Positions 14,001-25,600 of a stretch of 64,000 bases of DNA are shown piece by piece. How positions within the stretch are numbered: position 1 is the stretch's first letter; each line of letters opens with the position of its first letter. The DNA is from Amoebophrya sp. A120 (lineage: Eukaryota; Protista; Dinoflagellata). The stretch lies in NCBI GenBank assembly GCA_905178155.1, contig CAJINV010000012.1, forward strand, positions 1,050,004 to 1,114,003, given 5' to 3'. Made by a program: the position numbers and the translations under genes. The notes below the pieces were generated by a model, which saw only the letters and a program-made list of their open reading frames with translations, did not search any database and was not told the DNA's origin.

Positions 14001-17000
14001 GCTGCTTCGCATGACAAATTTCGGAAGGGCTAGACAGCGTCTAAATCTGCATCAAAATTTCAATGTTGCAAAAATGCGCAATCTTCCTCCTTTCACTTTT
14101 GCCAGTATTGCATTCCAAATTCATGTAACAGTTGAGAATGTAACGTTTGAGAACGCCATACCGCTTCTTTCTCGCGGGTGATGTTGTCTTCCCTTATCAA
14201 GTTGTTCAGCAACTTCTCATTGCGCATCTGTTTCAAGGCCGCGCCCTCGACTTTTTTCTTCGCCAGGTCGTCTTCGACCTGCTCCCTGCGGAACACCTCA
14301 TACGGGTTCAGACCCTGCTCTAACAGCTCCAGTTCCCGAATTTTCTTCTCCTTGTCCTCCTGCAACTTCTTCTTCGCCTTGCTCTCGTTTGTCGACGCTA
14401 TTCTGGCGTTGATGTCGTTCAAATTTTTCTTCAGCTGAAGCATCGCTTTTGTTATCCACTGCAAATACTGGGTCTGGAAATAAAGGTCAACTTGTGATGC
14501 TTGTCTGACACTTGTGGAAAATGTGTATTGCATAACCGACAAAAACGGTGACTCTTTTGTGATGCACACGCGCAGTTTGTAATGCGCACTCCGCATGGGA
14601 AAGCAGCGTTTGGAAAATTTGGCATGCTTCGCTGCACCTACAGGGCCACTCAATCATGATCATTCAGCATGACAGGTTTCCAGACCCAGACATATTTGCA
14701 ATGCATATTTGTTCGGTGGTTCCATTTCGCGTCGCGGACGGCGGCGGACTGCGCGTTTTTCTGCCTGTTGTATTTTGGTCCCTCTTCTTTGCATGTAGAG
14801 TCAGAACTTCTTGATGCGGCTGAATGCAAATCTTGGATCTTCTTCTTCGATGTATCACTTACACTTTGTACGCATGATCACAACTTTTGTTTATGTTTGT
14901 ACATTCAACTCGAAATTGTTCCAGTAGGTATCTATACTCAGCATCCTTGATCGCCGGCAAGAGAAACTCCTTGTTGTTTTTCTTCCTGTGTTTCTCCGCC
15001 TCACTTTGTTTCCTGTCCTTTTCCGCTTTCACAGCCGCCTTCTTTTCCGCTTTCAAATAGTCATCCTGCCACATTTTGTCGATGATCCTGTTCCCCCTGG
15101 TGACCTCATCCTGCTGTCTTTTTTGCGCGATAATGCTTTGCTCGTACTCTTTCTGCAGTAACCTTCTCTCGGCGTCGGTGGCTTTGTCCATAAGAGAGTG
15201 CAGACGGAGCTCGGCGGCATCACGTTCCTGTTTTGATGTGCCCTTGACTTTGAGTTTTTTAGCAATAGCAGCTTTGACGCAATACAAATCTGCATTCGCA
15301 TGTAAATGTACCTGCTCTTCCTTCACCGTCATTCTTCCGCTGTCTGCATGACAAACACCATCGCAACGCAGGGTGAAGCCAATTCATAGATTGATACCTT
15401 TTCCAAATCTGATAACCGTTGCCAGCTTCTTTCCACCTCGTCTGCCTGCACAAAAATTTCTTCCGCCGATCGCGTGCTCTGCATTTCCTTCAACTTGCTT
15501 TCCTCGCTGGCGAGAACTTGCCTCGCATCCTCGGCTGCCTCGCACTGAGAAGTTGTACTTATTTCGTAGAGAAATCAATATCGCACAACAACAAACGCAG
15601 CACAGCACGTGCACGTGACATGACTTTTGATATTCCGTAGTTTCATAAAACCTACCACTAGCAGCTGCAGCACGACCAATTTACGCGCATTTTTGATGTT
15701 CTTACCTTTTTGTCCCAGTTATTCCTCAAATCGCGAAGTATCTGCACGGTTCGTTTGTCCGCAACGGTTTCCTTCAGCTCCGCATCGTATTGGTGTGTGG
15801 AGAAGACGCCCGAGCGACCGTCTTGGTACCTGTTTTGATTTTTTCTCTGCTGCACTCCTTTAATTTGACACGACAAGCAAGTATGGCGACGAACACGACC
15901 TGTCTTTCGTTTTTTACTAACTTTAGTTTTACGCATGACAAACACTTGTTGTACCAAGAAATGCGTATTTCATTTCTTACTTCGCCAGCGGATCGCCTTT
16001 CGTCGTGTCTATCCAAGAAAAAAACTGTGTTAGTGTAAGTTTCTTTGGTTGACAGCATTACAAATTTGCTCCACATGACAGAGAAAACCTGTCATGCGTG
16101 GCTTGTAAGGAAAAACACACATGAGAAGAGGACTTCACGGCTGTCTGGCATCACAGGTGTAACTCTGTTGCATGTTCTGCATTACAGAGTTACACTTACA
16201 CAGTTTTTTTCTTGCATAGTATCTCTTTCGGGTTTATTTGCGGTTCCCGTTTGCAACGGAATGTCCGGCTCGGCGATGCGACACCTCCTTTCCAGCTCCC
16301 GGAGTCTTTCTGCCTGGTTATGCCCTGCTTAGCTGGATGAACAATGCAAAGCCCATCGCCATCCAATTTGTCTTGCATAAAACACACATCATCATCATCA
16401 TGTAGTGGACACCCGCTCCCAGCGCCACAGGTCAAGGATCCCCTCCCCGGGGGGTGGGCGAGGAAGCACTTTCGGCGACCTCATCATACAAAAAGCCGAG
16501 CGCTACCACGACAAGTCGCCCGCTGAAAAATACCAACCAGTCGGGGGCTACCCACCATCGTCTGTCCGCTCCAGCTTTGCATGACAGACCTTCTGCTGAT
16601 TTCCCTGGGGATTGGAGCGCAACACTAGATTTGTCATGCTAAAGACCCTGTAATTCTAGCATTTGTTATGCTAAACAGCTATGCAGGGCATACTGGTCGA
16701 GCGCCGCTTCTTCCTCGGCTTCTTCCACATCGTCATTGATGTCTTCGGACCTGCTTTATCAAGTGATTTATGTTGTTGCATCCATGAGTAGAGGAACTTC
16801 AACACACTATACACACGTGTCACATCCGTCCTCCATGAGCATGACAAGTAGCTTCATAAATCCAATTTTGCTTTTATTTGCATCGGTACTTCTTCCATAG
16901 TGAGTAGGTACATCGCAGAGCAACGAAAACCTGGGTTCGCTCCCGTCGTCCGAGACATATTCCGCCACTTTTATCCTGTGCAAAAGTATCGCACTGCTCG

Positions 17001-17211
17001 TATTCTTGCAGTCATGCAATCTTTGTCTTAAGATAAATCCGCATTACAAATTTTATTTCTCATGCTTAGGAAATTTGTAATGCATTTACACGAGTACGAT
17101 GCTTTTGCAATCCATAACTTCCACCGGTTCCTTATTCGATGTTGTGTGGAACAGCTCCGGCGGCGGGGCCGGCTCCTCTGCGGCCCCCGGATCCTCCTCC
17201 TGTTCGGCCAT
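5027..17211 (-). CDS. CFAP74: Cilia- and flagella-associated protein 74, multi-exon (23 TIR introns plus GT-AG introns); 5' exons above ~15.3 kb less certain
   Basis: FIPSPKIIEYLDFEANSTYKQTIEVTN...FDPPGRMSAGVSCKIQLKFAP...KTGRIDFPVMCLTKK and DVPIYVE...LKNRS match CFAP74 ASH/Ig-like repeats as I recall them. Coiled-coil N-terminal part. Ends ...VNLKAYLRTI-TAG at 5027. Confidence 0.8.
5107..5255. mobile_element. Introner family B
   Basis: TIR TAT...TGCAAAGGTATCGCACTCGTA; DR GCCGG/GCCCG; removal gives KITLSG-GFVPK. Confidence 0.9.
5326..5536. mobile_element. Introner family C
   Basis: TIR TATC...GAAAAAAGTGTTACAGT; DR CCATC/CCATC. Confidence 0.92.
5814..6025. mobile_element. Introner family D
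   Basis: TIR TATC...AAAAAACTGTTTCACTGTGA; DR ATCCG/ATCCG. Confidence 0.92.
6177..6412. mobile_element. Introner family A (diverged)
   Basis: GTCTGGGT/ACCCAGAC TIR core; DR ACCGT/GCCGC. Confidence 0.75.
6438..6586. mobile_element. Introner family B
   Basis: Family B TIRs; DR TCTTC/TCTTC. Confidence 0.92.
6643..6892. mobile_element. Introner family A
   Basis: Family A TIRs; DR AGGTC/AGATC. Confidence 0.9.
7285..7599. mobile_element. Introner family E
   Basis: TIR TATTGCAATGAAAAATGCCCCCA; DR CGCCT/TGCCC; homologous to 36352-36651. Confidence 0.85.
7663..7878. mobile_element. Introner family C
   Basis: Family C TIRs; DR GAACC/GAACC. Confidence 0.92.
8401..8661. mobile_element. Introner family A
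   Basis: Family A TIRs; DR GGGAT/GGGAT. Confidence 0.92.
8950..9099. mobile_element. Introner family B
   Basis: Family B TIRs; DR CATCC/CTTCC. Confidence 0.9.
9144..9365. mobile_element. Introner family F
   Basis: TIR TATGACAGTGCACAACT; DR GCATC/GCATC; homologous to 53230-53495. Confidence 0.88.
9596..9877. mobile_element. Introner family G
   Basis: TIR TATCCTRAGTAAAAAC; DR ACAGA/ACAGT. Confidence 0.9.
10522..10813. mobile_element. Introner family A (diverged)
   Basis: Interior similar to 8401-8661; DR GCCTC/GTCTC. Confidence 0.85.
10860..11001. mobile_element. Introner family B (opposite orientation to 5107 and 6438)
   Basis: Family B TIRs; DR ATTGC/ATGGC. Confidence 0.9.
11588..11860. 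mobile_element. Introner family A
   Basis: Family A TIRs; DR CCACG/CCACG. Confidence 0.92.
12009..12218. mobile_element. Introner family D (subfamily D2)
   Basis: TIR TATCCAAGAAAAAAA; DR TGGAC/TGGAC. Confidence 0.9.
12256..12464. mobile_element. Introner family D
   Basis: TIR with TGTTTCACTGTAA; DR TCGAT/TCGAT. Confidence 0.9.
13342..13629. mobile_element. Introner family G (opposite orientation to 9596)
   Basis: Family G TIRs; DR AGTCA/CGTCA; removal gives KKVT-LNHVE. Confidence 0.9.
13921..14160. mobile_element. Introner family H
   Basis: Perfect ~31-bp TIR TATGGCGTTCTCAAACGTTACATTCTCAACT; DR CCGCT/CCGCT; removal gives EKEA-EHRRRK. Confidence 0.95.
14453..14707. mobile_element. Introner family A
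   Basis: Family A TIRs; DR TTTGT/TTTGT. Confidence 0.9.
16010..16218. mobile_element. Introner family D (subfamily D2)
   Basis: TIR TATCCAAGAAAAAAACTGTGT; DR GTGTC/GTATC. Confidence 0.9.
16319..16692. mobile_element. Introner family J (single copy in window)
   Basis: TIR TATGCCCTGCWTAGCTG; DR CTGGT/CTGGT; removal gives EAALDQ-AERLREL. Confidence 0.88.
16972..17116. mobile_element. Introner family B
   Basis: Family B TIRs; DR ACTTT/ACTTC. Confidence 0.9.
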
Positions 17212-17896
17212 AGTTGGTGGAGAACTTTTGTTGCTCTCACCTGCAGCTCCGTAACCACGACATAATTTTTGCGATCTGATTCTGAGTAGCAAGAATAAAA
17301 ACCATTTGAGATAAGCCCGCAGAAGTGCTCTCTTCGCGAGCGGTAGGGAAGAGAGGACGACGAGAACACCACACACACACAAAGTATTATACAACAGAGA
17401 AAACGGGAAGAAGACGAAAACAAACACCACGGTGAAACAAGATGTGAAACCTGGTCGCTCTTTTTGCGACTCTACTGGAGAGCTCTCCTAACCTCATTTG
17501 CATCAACTCGACGGTGCGAAGCAAGATCTTCGTCTCAAGTCTCACTGCCGCACGAATGCCGCTCGTTTGTTGAGTCTCATTCTCAATTCCCTTCCTTTAC
17601 AATCAATTTACACAACTCTGGTGTTAAAAACGCGTGGTTGAAGACAGAGCGCAGTGAATCAGGAGGAACATGAAGTTGAAGAGAATGACAGCACTCAGTG
17701 CCTTTTCGCTTTTCTTCAGCTGAAGATATTATGGGGTCGTCGCAGCAGGACTACTTCTTCACAACAGTGGTCAACAGTAGTTCGTTTCAAGAGACAACAT
17801 GTGGTCGAGGTTCGTGATATAGTTACAGACAAGATGAAAGTGAAACAAAGAATTCAAATCAATTCGCTGCCTGTTCATCTTCTTCGTCCCCTTCTT

Positions 17897-18760
17897 CTAT
17901 CCAAACCCGGTTGGCAGCCCCATGGCTTTCATCATGGCCATTTCCTCGTCCTCTTCCTCCTCGAATTCTTTTTCCATTTTCTCCAGTTCCTCGAGTTCTT
18001 TTTTTTTCTCCATTTTCCGCCTTCGCTTCTCCTTCCGATCCGCAATGTTTTTCTCCGCTTCGTTTTCCAGCTTTTCCATCTTGGCAAGAATGTCGTCCGC
18101 GGTCAACGGTATGTTGTCCACCTCGTCGCAGATCAGGTTCGGCGTACCATCGGGATTCGACAGCAACCCAAACGCCGCGGGGTTTTTCGCCTTCTTCTGC
18201 TGGAGTTTCCGCACCCGCAATTCCTGTATCCTCTCCAACACCTCCTCCAGCGTCGCTGGCCTGGCCGCCATCTTCATACCCATCATTTTCTGGTGCCTAA
18301 TCCCGTTGATGTGGTCCAGCCACGACTGGGAGTCCTTCACGTGCACCTTACACAGGTGGCAGTAGTACCCCGCCTGGTTGGCCTTGTGCGTCGCGTCGGT
18401 TTGCACAATCGTTTTTCCGATGTTCCGCTCCAGTGCGAGCTTCGCGTTTCTTCTCTGTAGGTGGAGACGCTGGGACGCTGGCACGGGTATCGCGAGGTCG
18501 TCAACCTCCCCGTCGGACCCCAGCTCCTCCTTCTCCTTCGCAATTTTATCGTACGTCGCCTGGTCCCACGCTCTCCGGCCGAACACGTCCTTCGTTACGC
18601 CCTCTTTGATCTCCTCCTTCTGATCCCACGCCTGGGAAATTTCGGTCTTCTGCAGCTCCGGATTCGCATTGTCGAAAAATTTGTTCGCGTTGGCCGACAT
18701 CTGCGCCGCCTTGCGCTTGCCGGCGGCGGCAAGATCCGCGCTGGAACGCTGGTCCGACAT
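17897..18760 (-). CDS. ZMAT2: U1-type zinc finger spliceosomal protein ZMAT2/Snu23, intronless
   Basis: 287-aa ORF with RRAWD, GYYCHLCKVHVKDSQSWLDHINGIRHQKMMGM, TLEEVLER and C-terminal MAMMKAMGLPTGFG. Confidence 0.9.
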   Translation of the reverse strand: MSDQRSSADLAAAGKRKAAQMSANANKFFDNANPELQKTEISQAWDQKEEIKEGVTKDVFGRRAWDQATYDKIAKEKEELGSDGEVDDLAIPVPASQRLHLQRRNAKLALERNIGKTIVQTDATHKANQAGYYCHLCKVHVKDSQSWLDHINGIRHQKMMGMKMAARPATLEEVLERIQELRVRKLQQKKAKNPAAFGLLSNPDGTPNLICDEVDNIPLTADDILAKMEKLENEAEKNIADRKEKRRRKMEKKKELEELEKMEKEFEEEEDEEMAMMKAMGLPTGFG

Positions 18761-19615
18761 TTTACTGGGGTGGTTCCTTCTTCTACGCGTGTTCTATCAG
18801 AAGGACTAGGACATCAGAATAAACAAGGAAATAATTCGCTTGTTCCAGTTGGCGTTTTATTGTTATTCGGGAAGATATTTTTTTTGTGAAAAATAATGCT
18901 GGCCCGCCGTCGATGTTGAGAGGAGTTTCGGGACAATTGAAAGGGAAAAACTTCTGCGGGTCGTGTTATTGTTTTACTTTTATTCCTTTTAGTGATTCAT
19001 CGGGTTTATTCAGTGTGGTCGCTCGTATTACGTACAAATTGGGTGGAAACAACTTTGATTTATCATTCCTCTGGGGCCTGAAGGTAGAAGAACTGAAGTT
19101 CTTTCAAATAGCAAGAAATGGTCTTGTTCCTCCTGCACAGCAAAATCCAATTTGATCGACATCTTCGAGAAGAGCGTGTTGTGCTCCCTACTTGTACTTC
19201 CCACGAAGATTGTGGCATGATGCTAGCGATTCCAATTTTGATTTGACTTTTTAGCAATGGCACGTTTCTAGTTGTCGACGCAGATATCTAGATCAAGATC
19301 TTTCCAGACAGGTGTTTTTTATCATTCGGTTCTAGATTGCTCCTGGAGAACACTGTTTGATGATCTTTCATGATCTTGGGTTCGAACATTTCATCGTGCA
19401 GCAGCCCTTTCGTTTTTAGCAGCTGTCCTCGTGTATATGTACTCATTCTCTTACGCTTATAGGTCTGTATTCTCAATAAAAAATAGCAATAGAAAAGTTC
19501 ATAGCGCGTTTCTATGTGGTGGTCACCATGACGGTATTCTACTAGAAGAAAGTAACGAAGCAGTGATGGAAATCTCGAGAGAGAGTCACAGCCCCCCGCG
19601 TCAACGTCTTCATGT

Positions 19616-22600
19616 TCAATACTCCGCCTGTTTCCAGTATCCCACGAAAAAAGTGTTACAGTTACACATTTGTTGTCAATTCCGCAACACAAATTTTCTC
19701 TGCATGAGAGCGAAAACTTGCAATGCAGAAAACATAAGGGAAAACAGGGAGGAAATGAGGATCCAAAGCATTTCCTGCATGAGAAAGGCTGTCTGTGTTG
19801 CCGGTCTTGCAACACAAAGTGTAACTGTGACACTTTTTTCTTCCCATATCCAGACTCGAAACTGTGCCTCACTCCCGATCACCGTCTCCAGCACCCGTTC
19901 CCACCGGGTCACCGTATCCTGTGCAAAAGTATCGCGCTCGTAGTAATTGCAGTCATGCATTACAAGTTTTTTTCTGCAGCCAAATCCGCATTACAAATTT
20001 TATTTCTCATGCTGAGGAAATTTGTAATGCAATTATACGAATACGATGCTTTTCCTTTTGCATTGCATACACCGACTGTTGCAGCGACTTCAAGTTGAAC
20101 CTTTTCATCACGTTGCTGATCTTCTGCAGACTTGCGATGCTGTTGAACTCCGGAAGAACTAATTTGTGCAGCAAGTCGGGAAGATTGATGAAGTACTGCA
20201 CTCCCGGGTACCGGAAATAATCCGTGAATTTGAGAATTTCAAACACCGCGTCGACATTGTCTTCCTCGAAGGGGGAGAGATTTTGCTGTAAAAATATTTC
20301 GTCAGCAGGAACACGATCTTCATCATGTCGCGCATCGTCCTCGCTGGCGGTTCCCGTCTCCATTGTCCCCCTACCACTGTATGGCCAGAGCTTCAGTCTC
20401 CGCGGCGGAGTTTCCCGCAGGAGCTCCGGGTCGCGGAAATTGTACGAGTTATGGTCCTGCGATATGGCGTTCTCAAGCGTTACATTCTCAACTGTCATGC
20501 AAAATCAACATCATCATCCACGCTGTGAAGCGACTTCGCATGACAAATTCCCGAAGGGCTACACAGCATTGAAATCTGTACGGAATTTGCAATGCTAGAG
20601 GCGCAACCCTCCCCCTTTGACTTTTGCTATTCTTGCATTACAAACTCATGTAACTGTTGAGAGTGTAACGTTTGAGAGTCCCATATGCGAAAACATGTAC
20701 TTGGAGAGGTGGTTTGGGAGAAACAAGGCGTATCCTGTGCAAAAGTATCGTACTCGTATAAATGCAAGTCTTGCATTACAAATCCTTTTCTTCAGGTGAA
20801 TCCGCATTACAAACTTTATTTCTCATGCTAAATGGAATTTGTAATGCATTTATACGAGTACGATTATACTTTTGCAATTCATAAGGGGATATTCAAGTGG
20901 TAAAACTCGTAGAAAGTGATGAGATCCATGTCGTAGGGAAAGAGAACCACCGACCGGAACTCGGAAAACTCCTCAAAGCTTCTCGTCTGCGTTAGCTGTC
21001 GGGTAATGAACTGAAACGGGTAAGTAGACGGAGGTCCTTTCACTCCGGCGGCGGCCTTTGCCGCCTTCATTTTACACGCTTCTTGATTTCTATGAGAGCG
21101 CAAACCCCCCCTTGGCCCCCGCAGTTGACGGGCAGAAAGAGGAACAGACGAAAAAGAAACAAAAATGCAGCCCCAGCCTCTGCATGGTAAATGACTAACG
21201 CGCAAGAGCAACGCTTCGTTCTTGTTATACTGCTTGGTCTAGAAAAAGTTAAGTACATTTATGTTCCAGTTGCACATCAAATGAGGCGGAGGTCGAGTTG
21301 TGCACTCTGATAGCTTTTACTTCCGTACACGTACAACAGGTTGCGGTGCATCACGTCGGCCTGCTGGAGAAGATTGTCCTCCCGGACAATCCGTCTTCCA
21401 TTTTCCAGCTGCTGTTCCTCACCTTCGCTTGCAGCAGTCGCTGCACCACCTCCCTCTGGCACCACGGTTATTTTCGTGATAGTACCCCCACCTTCTTTGC
21501 CGCCGTCTTTCCGCTTCTGCTTCAATTCCCATTTTCGTTTTTTCAAGTATTCCACGTAGCTGCTCGAGTTCTCCTCTTCGCTATGATCGTGCAACTCCTG
21601 CTTCGCGTACGCATAATCGCCAAAAGCTGCTTCCGCGCTGTCCTCCGGCTGCTCCTCCTCCACGTCGATTGCGGTTGTAGGAAGTGGCGCTACAACCTGT
21701 GCTTGTTTCCCGTTCAAAGTTTTTGCTGGGCCTGCTCCTGAAACCCCACCTCCGGGTTTGTTTTTCACCCCGGCAGCGCAAGCTATTAAATGCAAAAGTG
21801 TCTGGGTCTGGAAGTTTGCCAGGTTTGTCATGCAGGTTTTGTATGGCTCATATGGTTTAGAATGCAGCACCCAGCATGACAAATTCTGTAAGACCTCCAT
21901 CATGCCCGTCCTGCATGAGAAATTCCCTCTCAAGTTGGTAAAAAAGCACGGCTGTTGGTAATCACGCAACACAGATTTTCTGCATGATGCAGATTTGGCA
22001 TGACAAGTTGTGACCTTCCAGACCACCCAGACATTTTTGCATTTTATACAAGCCCCTTCGAGTCGATTCACCTCCAGCATCTCCGGAAACCTTTCCGGGT
22101 GCAAGTCGTACTCCAGTCCGGCCCCCGTATCAAAAGGAAAATAAATCCCCCTCCCCATATCACACTGGAAGTCTGTGATGCGGGATTTGGGTACATAAAT
22201 CAATTTGTCATGGTAGAATGGAAAAGAAGATGCGGACTGTAGTGCTGGGCGGCGTCGGAAAGCCTTGCATCTTCTTCAACATGACAGGAGGCAGCTGGAA
22301 GGGGGAAACAGCATGACAAACTGCCTGCCAACGCGGCCACAACTGCGGCTCTTGGCCTTCTAGCAATACAAGTCGACTTGTGTACTCAAATACAGCATCA
22401 CAAATTTCGTTTTCGATATGGGGACGGGGGATTTTTCCTTTTGATACCGCGCAAGCCGTAGCCTCCCTTCCGCGGCGAGCTTCTTGTTTTCGTACGGCTT
22501 TTTTGCTTGTATCCTGAGGAAAAACGTCCCCACCCCATTACTATCTATTATACAAGATGGGGGTCGGCCGTTTGGCCGACCCTATCTTGATGGACAGTGG

Positions 22601-25600
22601 GCAGCTAGAAAAAACGGCCCCAAGAAGAGGGCGACTTGACTTCGAAAGAAACATAAACCCCAGCGGCCATATGCCCCCGAGGCCCCGCCAGGGCTTGTCC
22701 CCGAGGACAGCGCGAGCGGCTTCCTTTGCGAGCGCAGGCAAGCCCCGAGACCTTTCCCAAGGCCTTTGCTCCGCCTCCCCAAGGCCTATGCCAGACTGCC
22801 TCCCTCGCGCAATGCTTTCGATTTCTTTGCATCGGCTAGCAGGCTCGGCCCACCAGGATATGGCGTTCGTAGGCCCTGCAAAGGCTCTGCGCCGCCTCGG
22901 CCACAATGTGCGTGGCAGCCGCCTCATTGGCCAGGCAGGAAGGATCTGGCCGCGGCTAGCAGGCTTCCATCCTTCGCCGAAATAAATCTAGCTGCGCCCC
23001 CGCACAACCCCGGCCGCGATCAGTGAGCCGGGTGGCTGGCATCAGCTAGCCCGATCGTAGGCTGAGTGGCCTAGCCACTCAGAATCTTGCGCCGGCCTGC
23101 CGCCCCTGGCGCCCCCGGGCACCGTCCAGCACCGCTAGGGCCTGGCGCCGGCCGTTTGGCAGGCTTGGCAAGGGCCTGGCGCCATCTGGCTCGGATGCCC
23201 ATAAATCATGAACTTCTACCGGGAACCAGCTGCCTGGCTGGGTCTCCGTACCTTGTCAAGGCCCGGCGCCGGCCTTGCTTGGAGCGCCCAATCTGGCACC
23301 GCCCCGGCATGAATCCGGCGCGCGCGCGCGCCCTTCCGCTAGGACGCCTGTTGGGCGGGCCGGGCATACCACAACAAACGGGCACTGGCGCCGAAAGCCC
23401 ACCAAGGCCCGGGCGGCCGGCCCGCCCCTCGCTCAAGCAGGCGCGCACACAAACAACGAACTGTAGCCGCGGCCCCGAGCGAGGGGCCCGCGCAGGCAGT
23501 CAACAAACGCAAACAAAGAGAAGCGCGCCGCATGTTGCGGCAGGGCCGAGGCGTCCTGGACAGAGAACCGAGGCGGGCCCGCCCCTATTACACCGCAGCC
23601 AAGCCGTCGCGCCGGCCCCCGGCCGGCATCCATCTTGTTTGGGGGCAGTCTGCCAGCCAGGCGAAACAGAGGCGGCCTCGCCGATGGGTGCCAAAAACTT
23701 AAGCGGCCCAGAGGAACTCGCACAGCGAAAATCTGCGTCACTTGCGCTGGCTCAACTCCGGCCGCGGCCACCTATATTCCAGCGCCGGCCCTGGGCCCTT
23801 CTGGTGTGGCTCAGAGCGCTGGGAATGCAGGCGGTTGACCTGGTCATGGGCGCTCAAACCCCCTCGCAGCGCGAGCATCTGCGCCATCTTCTTGCTCCCA
23901 AGCCGGCCCGGGCGGCCGCCTACCTTCCGGCACCCGGGGCAGCACTCTTCTGGTGAGGCTCAGGGCGTTGGAATGTTCGCGGCCGGTTGGGCCACGGGAA
24001 CATCTGCGCCCACGCGCGCCGTGCGCTCAAATGTGGTCCGTCGGCTACCTTCAAGCGCTTTGGGCCGGCCCTTTTGGTCTGGCTCAGGGAACTGGAATTT
24101 AAAGAGCTGGCTCGGCCGCGGAAGCTCGCAGGCGAGCCGAGGCACAGAAAACATCTGGGCCACCTTTGCCCAAATCCCGCCGTCTATGCTCCAGCGCGCT
24201 CGTTAGCTGGACTCCTCTGGCGCGGCTCAGAGCGCTGGAACGTAGGCGGCTGGTTTGGCCACGGAAACTCGCACAGCGCACATCTTCGCCAATTTTGCTC
24301 AAGTGTGTGACTGAGCCCAGGCGGCCACACTCCAGCGCCGCTCGCTGACCCTTCGCTCTGGTGGGTGTGGCTCACGCAAAGCACACATCTGCGCCACTTT
24401 TGCTGAAGTGACCGGGCCCGGCCGCCTACACTCCAGCGCCCGTGAAACATCTGGCGTGGCTCAAAGCGGGCGCGGGAATGTAGGCGCCTGGGCTGGCCAC
24501 GGGCAACTGCAGAGTGAGCGAACACGCGCGCCACCTGCGCTCAAATCCTTCCAGCCGCCTACGTACATTGCAACACCCTGCGCCCTCCTGGCGTGGCTCG
24601 GTGCGCTGGAATGAATGCAGGCGGCTGGCTTGGCAGGCCACAGACACTCGCAGAGCGAGCATCCACGTCACCTGCGCTGAAATCCAGACGCCTGCATTCT
24701 AACGCCCTGGGCCCTTCTGGTGGGGCTCAGGGCGTTGGGGTGCGTGTAGGCGGCTGGTGTGGCCACGGAAACGCGCAAAGGGGACATCGACGCAACTTGC
24801 GCGGAAGTCTAGCCGCCTACATTTCCAGCGCCCTGGACACTTCTGATCCGGCTCAAAGTTGGCGCCGGCCCGGAATCTAGGCGATTGGCCCGGCCTTGGA
24901 AGCCAACTCGCGAAGCGAACAGCTGCGCAGCTTCTGCTCAAATCCAGCCGCCCGCCTGCAAGGAAGCGCTCTGGGCCCTGCTGCTGAGGCCAAGGGCGCT
25001 GGAATATAGGCGTTTGATTTGGTCACGGAAGCCCGCACGACGAACAACCGTTCGCCGCCTATGCGAAGGCGCTCTGGGCCCTTCATTCTGGCGTGGCCGA
25101 GGGCGTTCTTTGGTTGGAATGTAGGCGGCGGCCTTGGGCACGGAAACTCGCACAGAGAGCACCTGCGCCGCTTGCGCCCAAAGCCTGCCAGTCGCCCGAA
25201 TTCCAGCGCCCTGGGCCCTTCTGCTGTGGTTCAGAGTGAGCGCTGGAACCTACCTAGGTGGCGGGCTTGGCCCTGGACACTCGCAAGGCGAACATCCGTG
25301 CTACCCGCGCGCAAAGCCAGCCGCCTCCATTCGTTCCAGCGCTATGGGCCACACCAGAAGGGTCCAGGGTGGTGGAATGTAGGCGTCTGGCTTTGGCAGG
25401 GAAGCTCGCAAAGTGCGCGAACATCTGCGCAACTTGCGCCCAAATCCCCCCGGCCAGCTATGTTCCAGCGCCCTTGGTCCTTCATTCTGGCGAGGCCAAG
25501 GGCGCTGGAGTGTAGGCGGCTGACTTGGCGGCCTTGGAAACTCGCAAAACAAACAGCCGCGCAGCTTCCGAGCGCGCAAATGAATCCGGCCGCCTACATT

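Noticed and set aside
17654-18889. Long plus-strand ORFs overlapping ZMAT2
   Set aside because: Antisense shadows of a codon-biased minus-strand gene.
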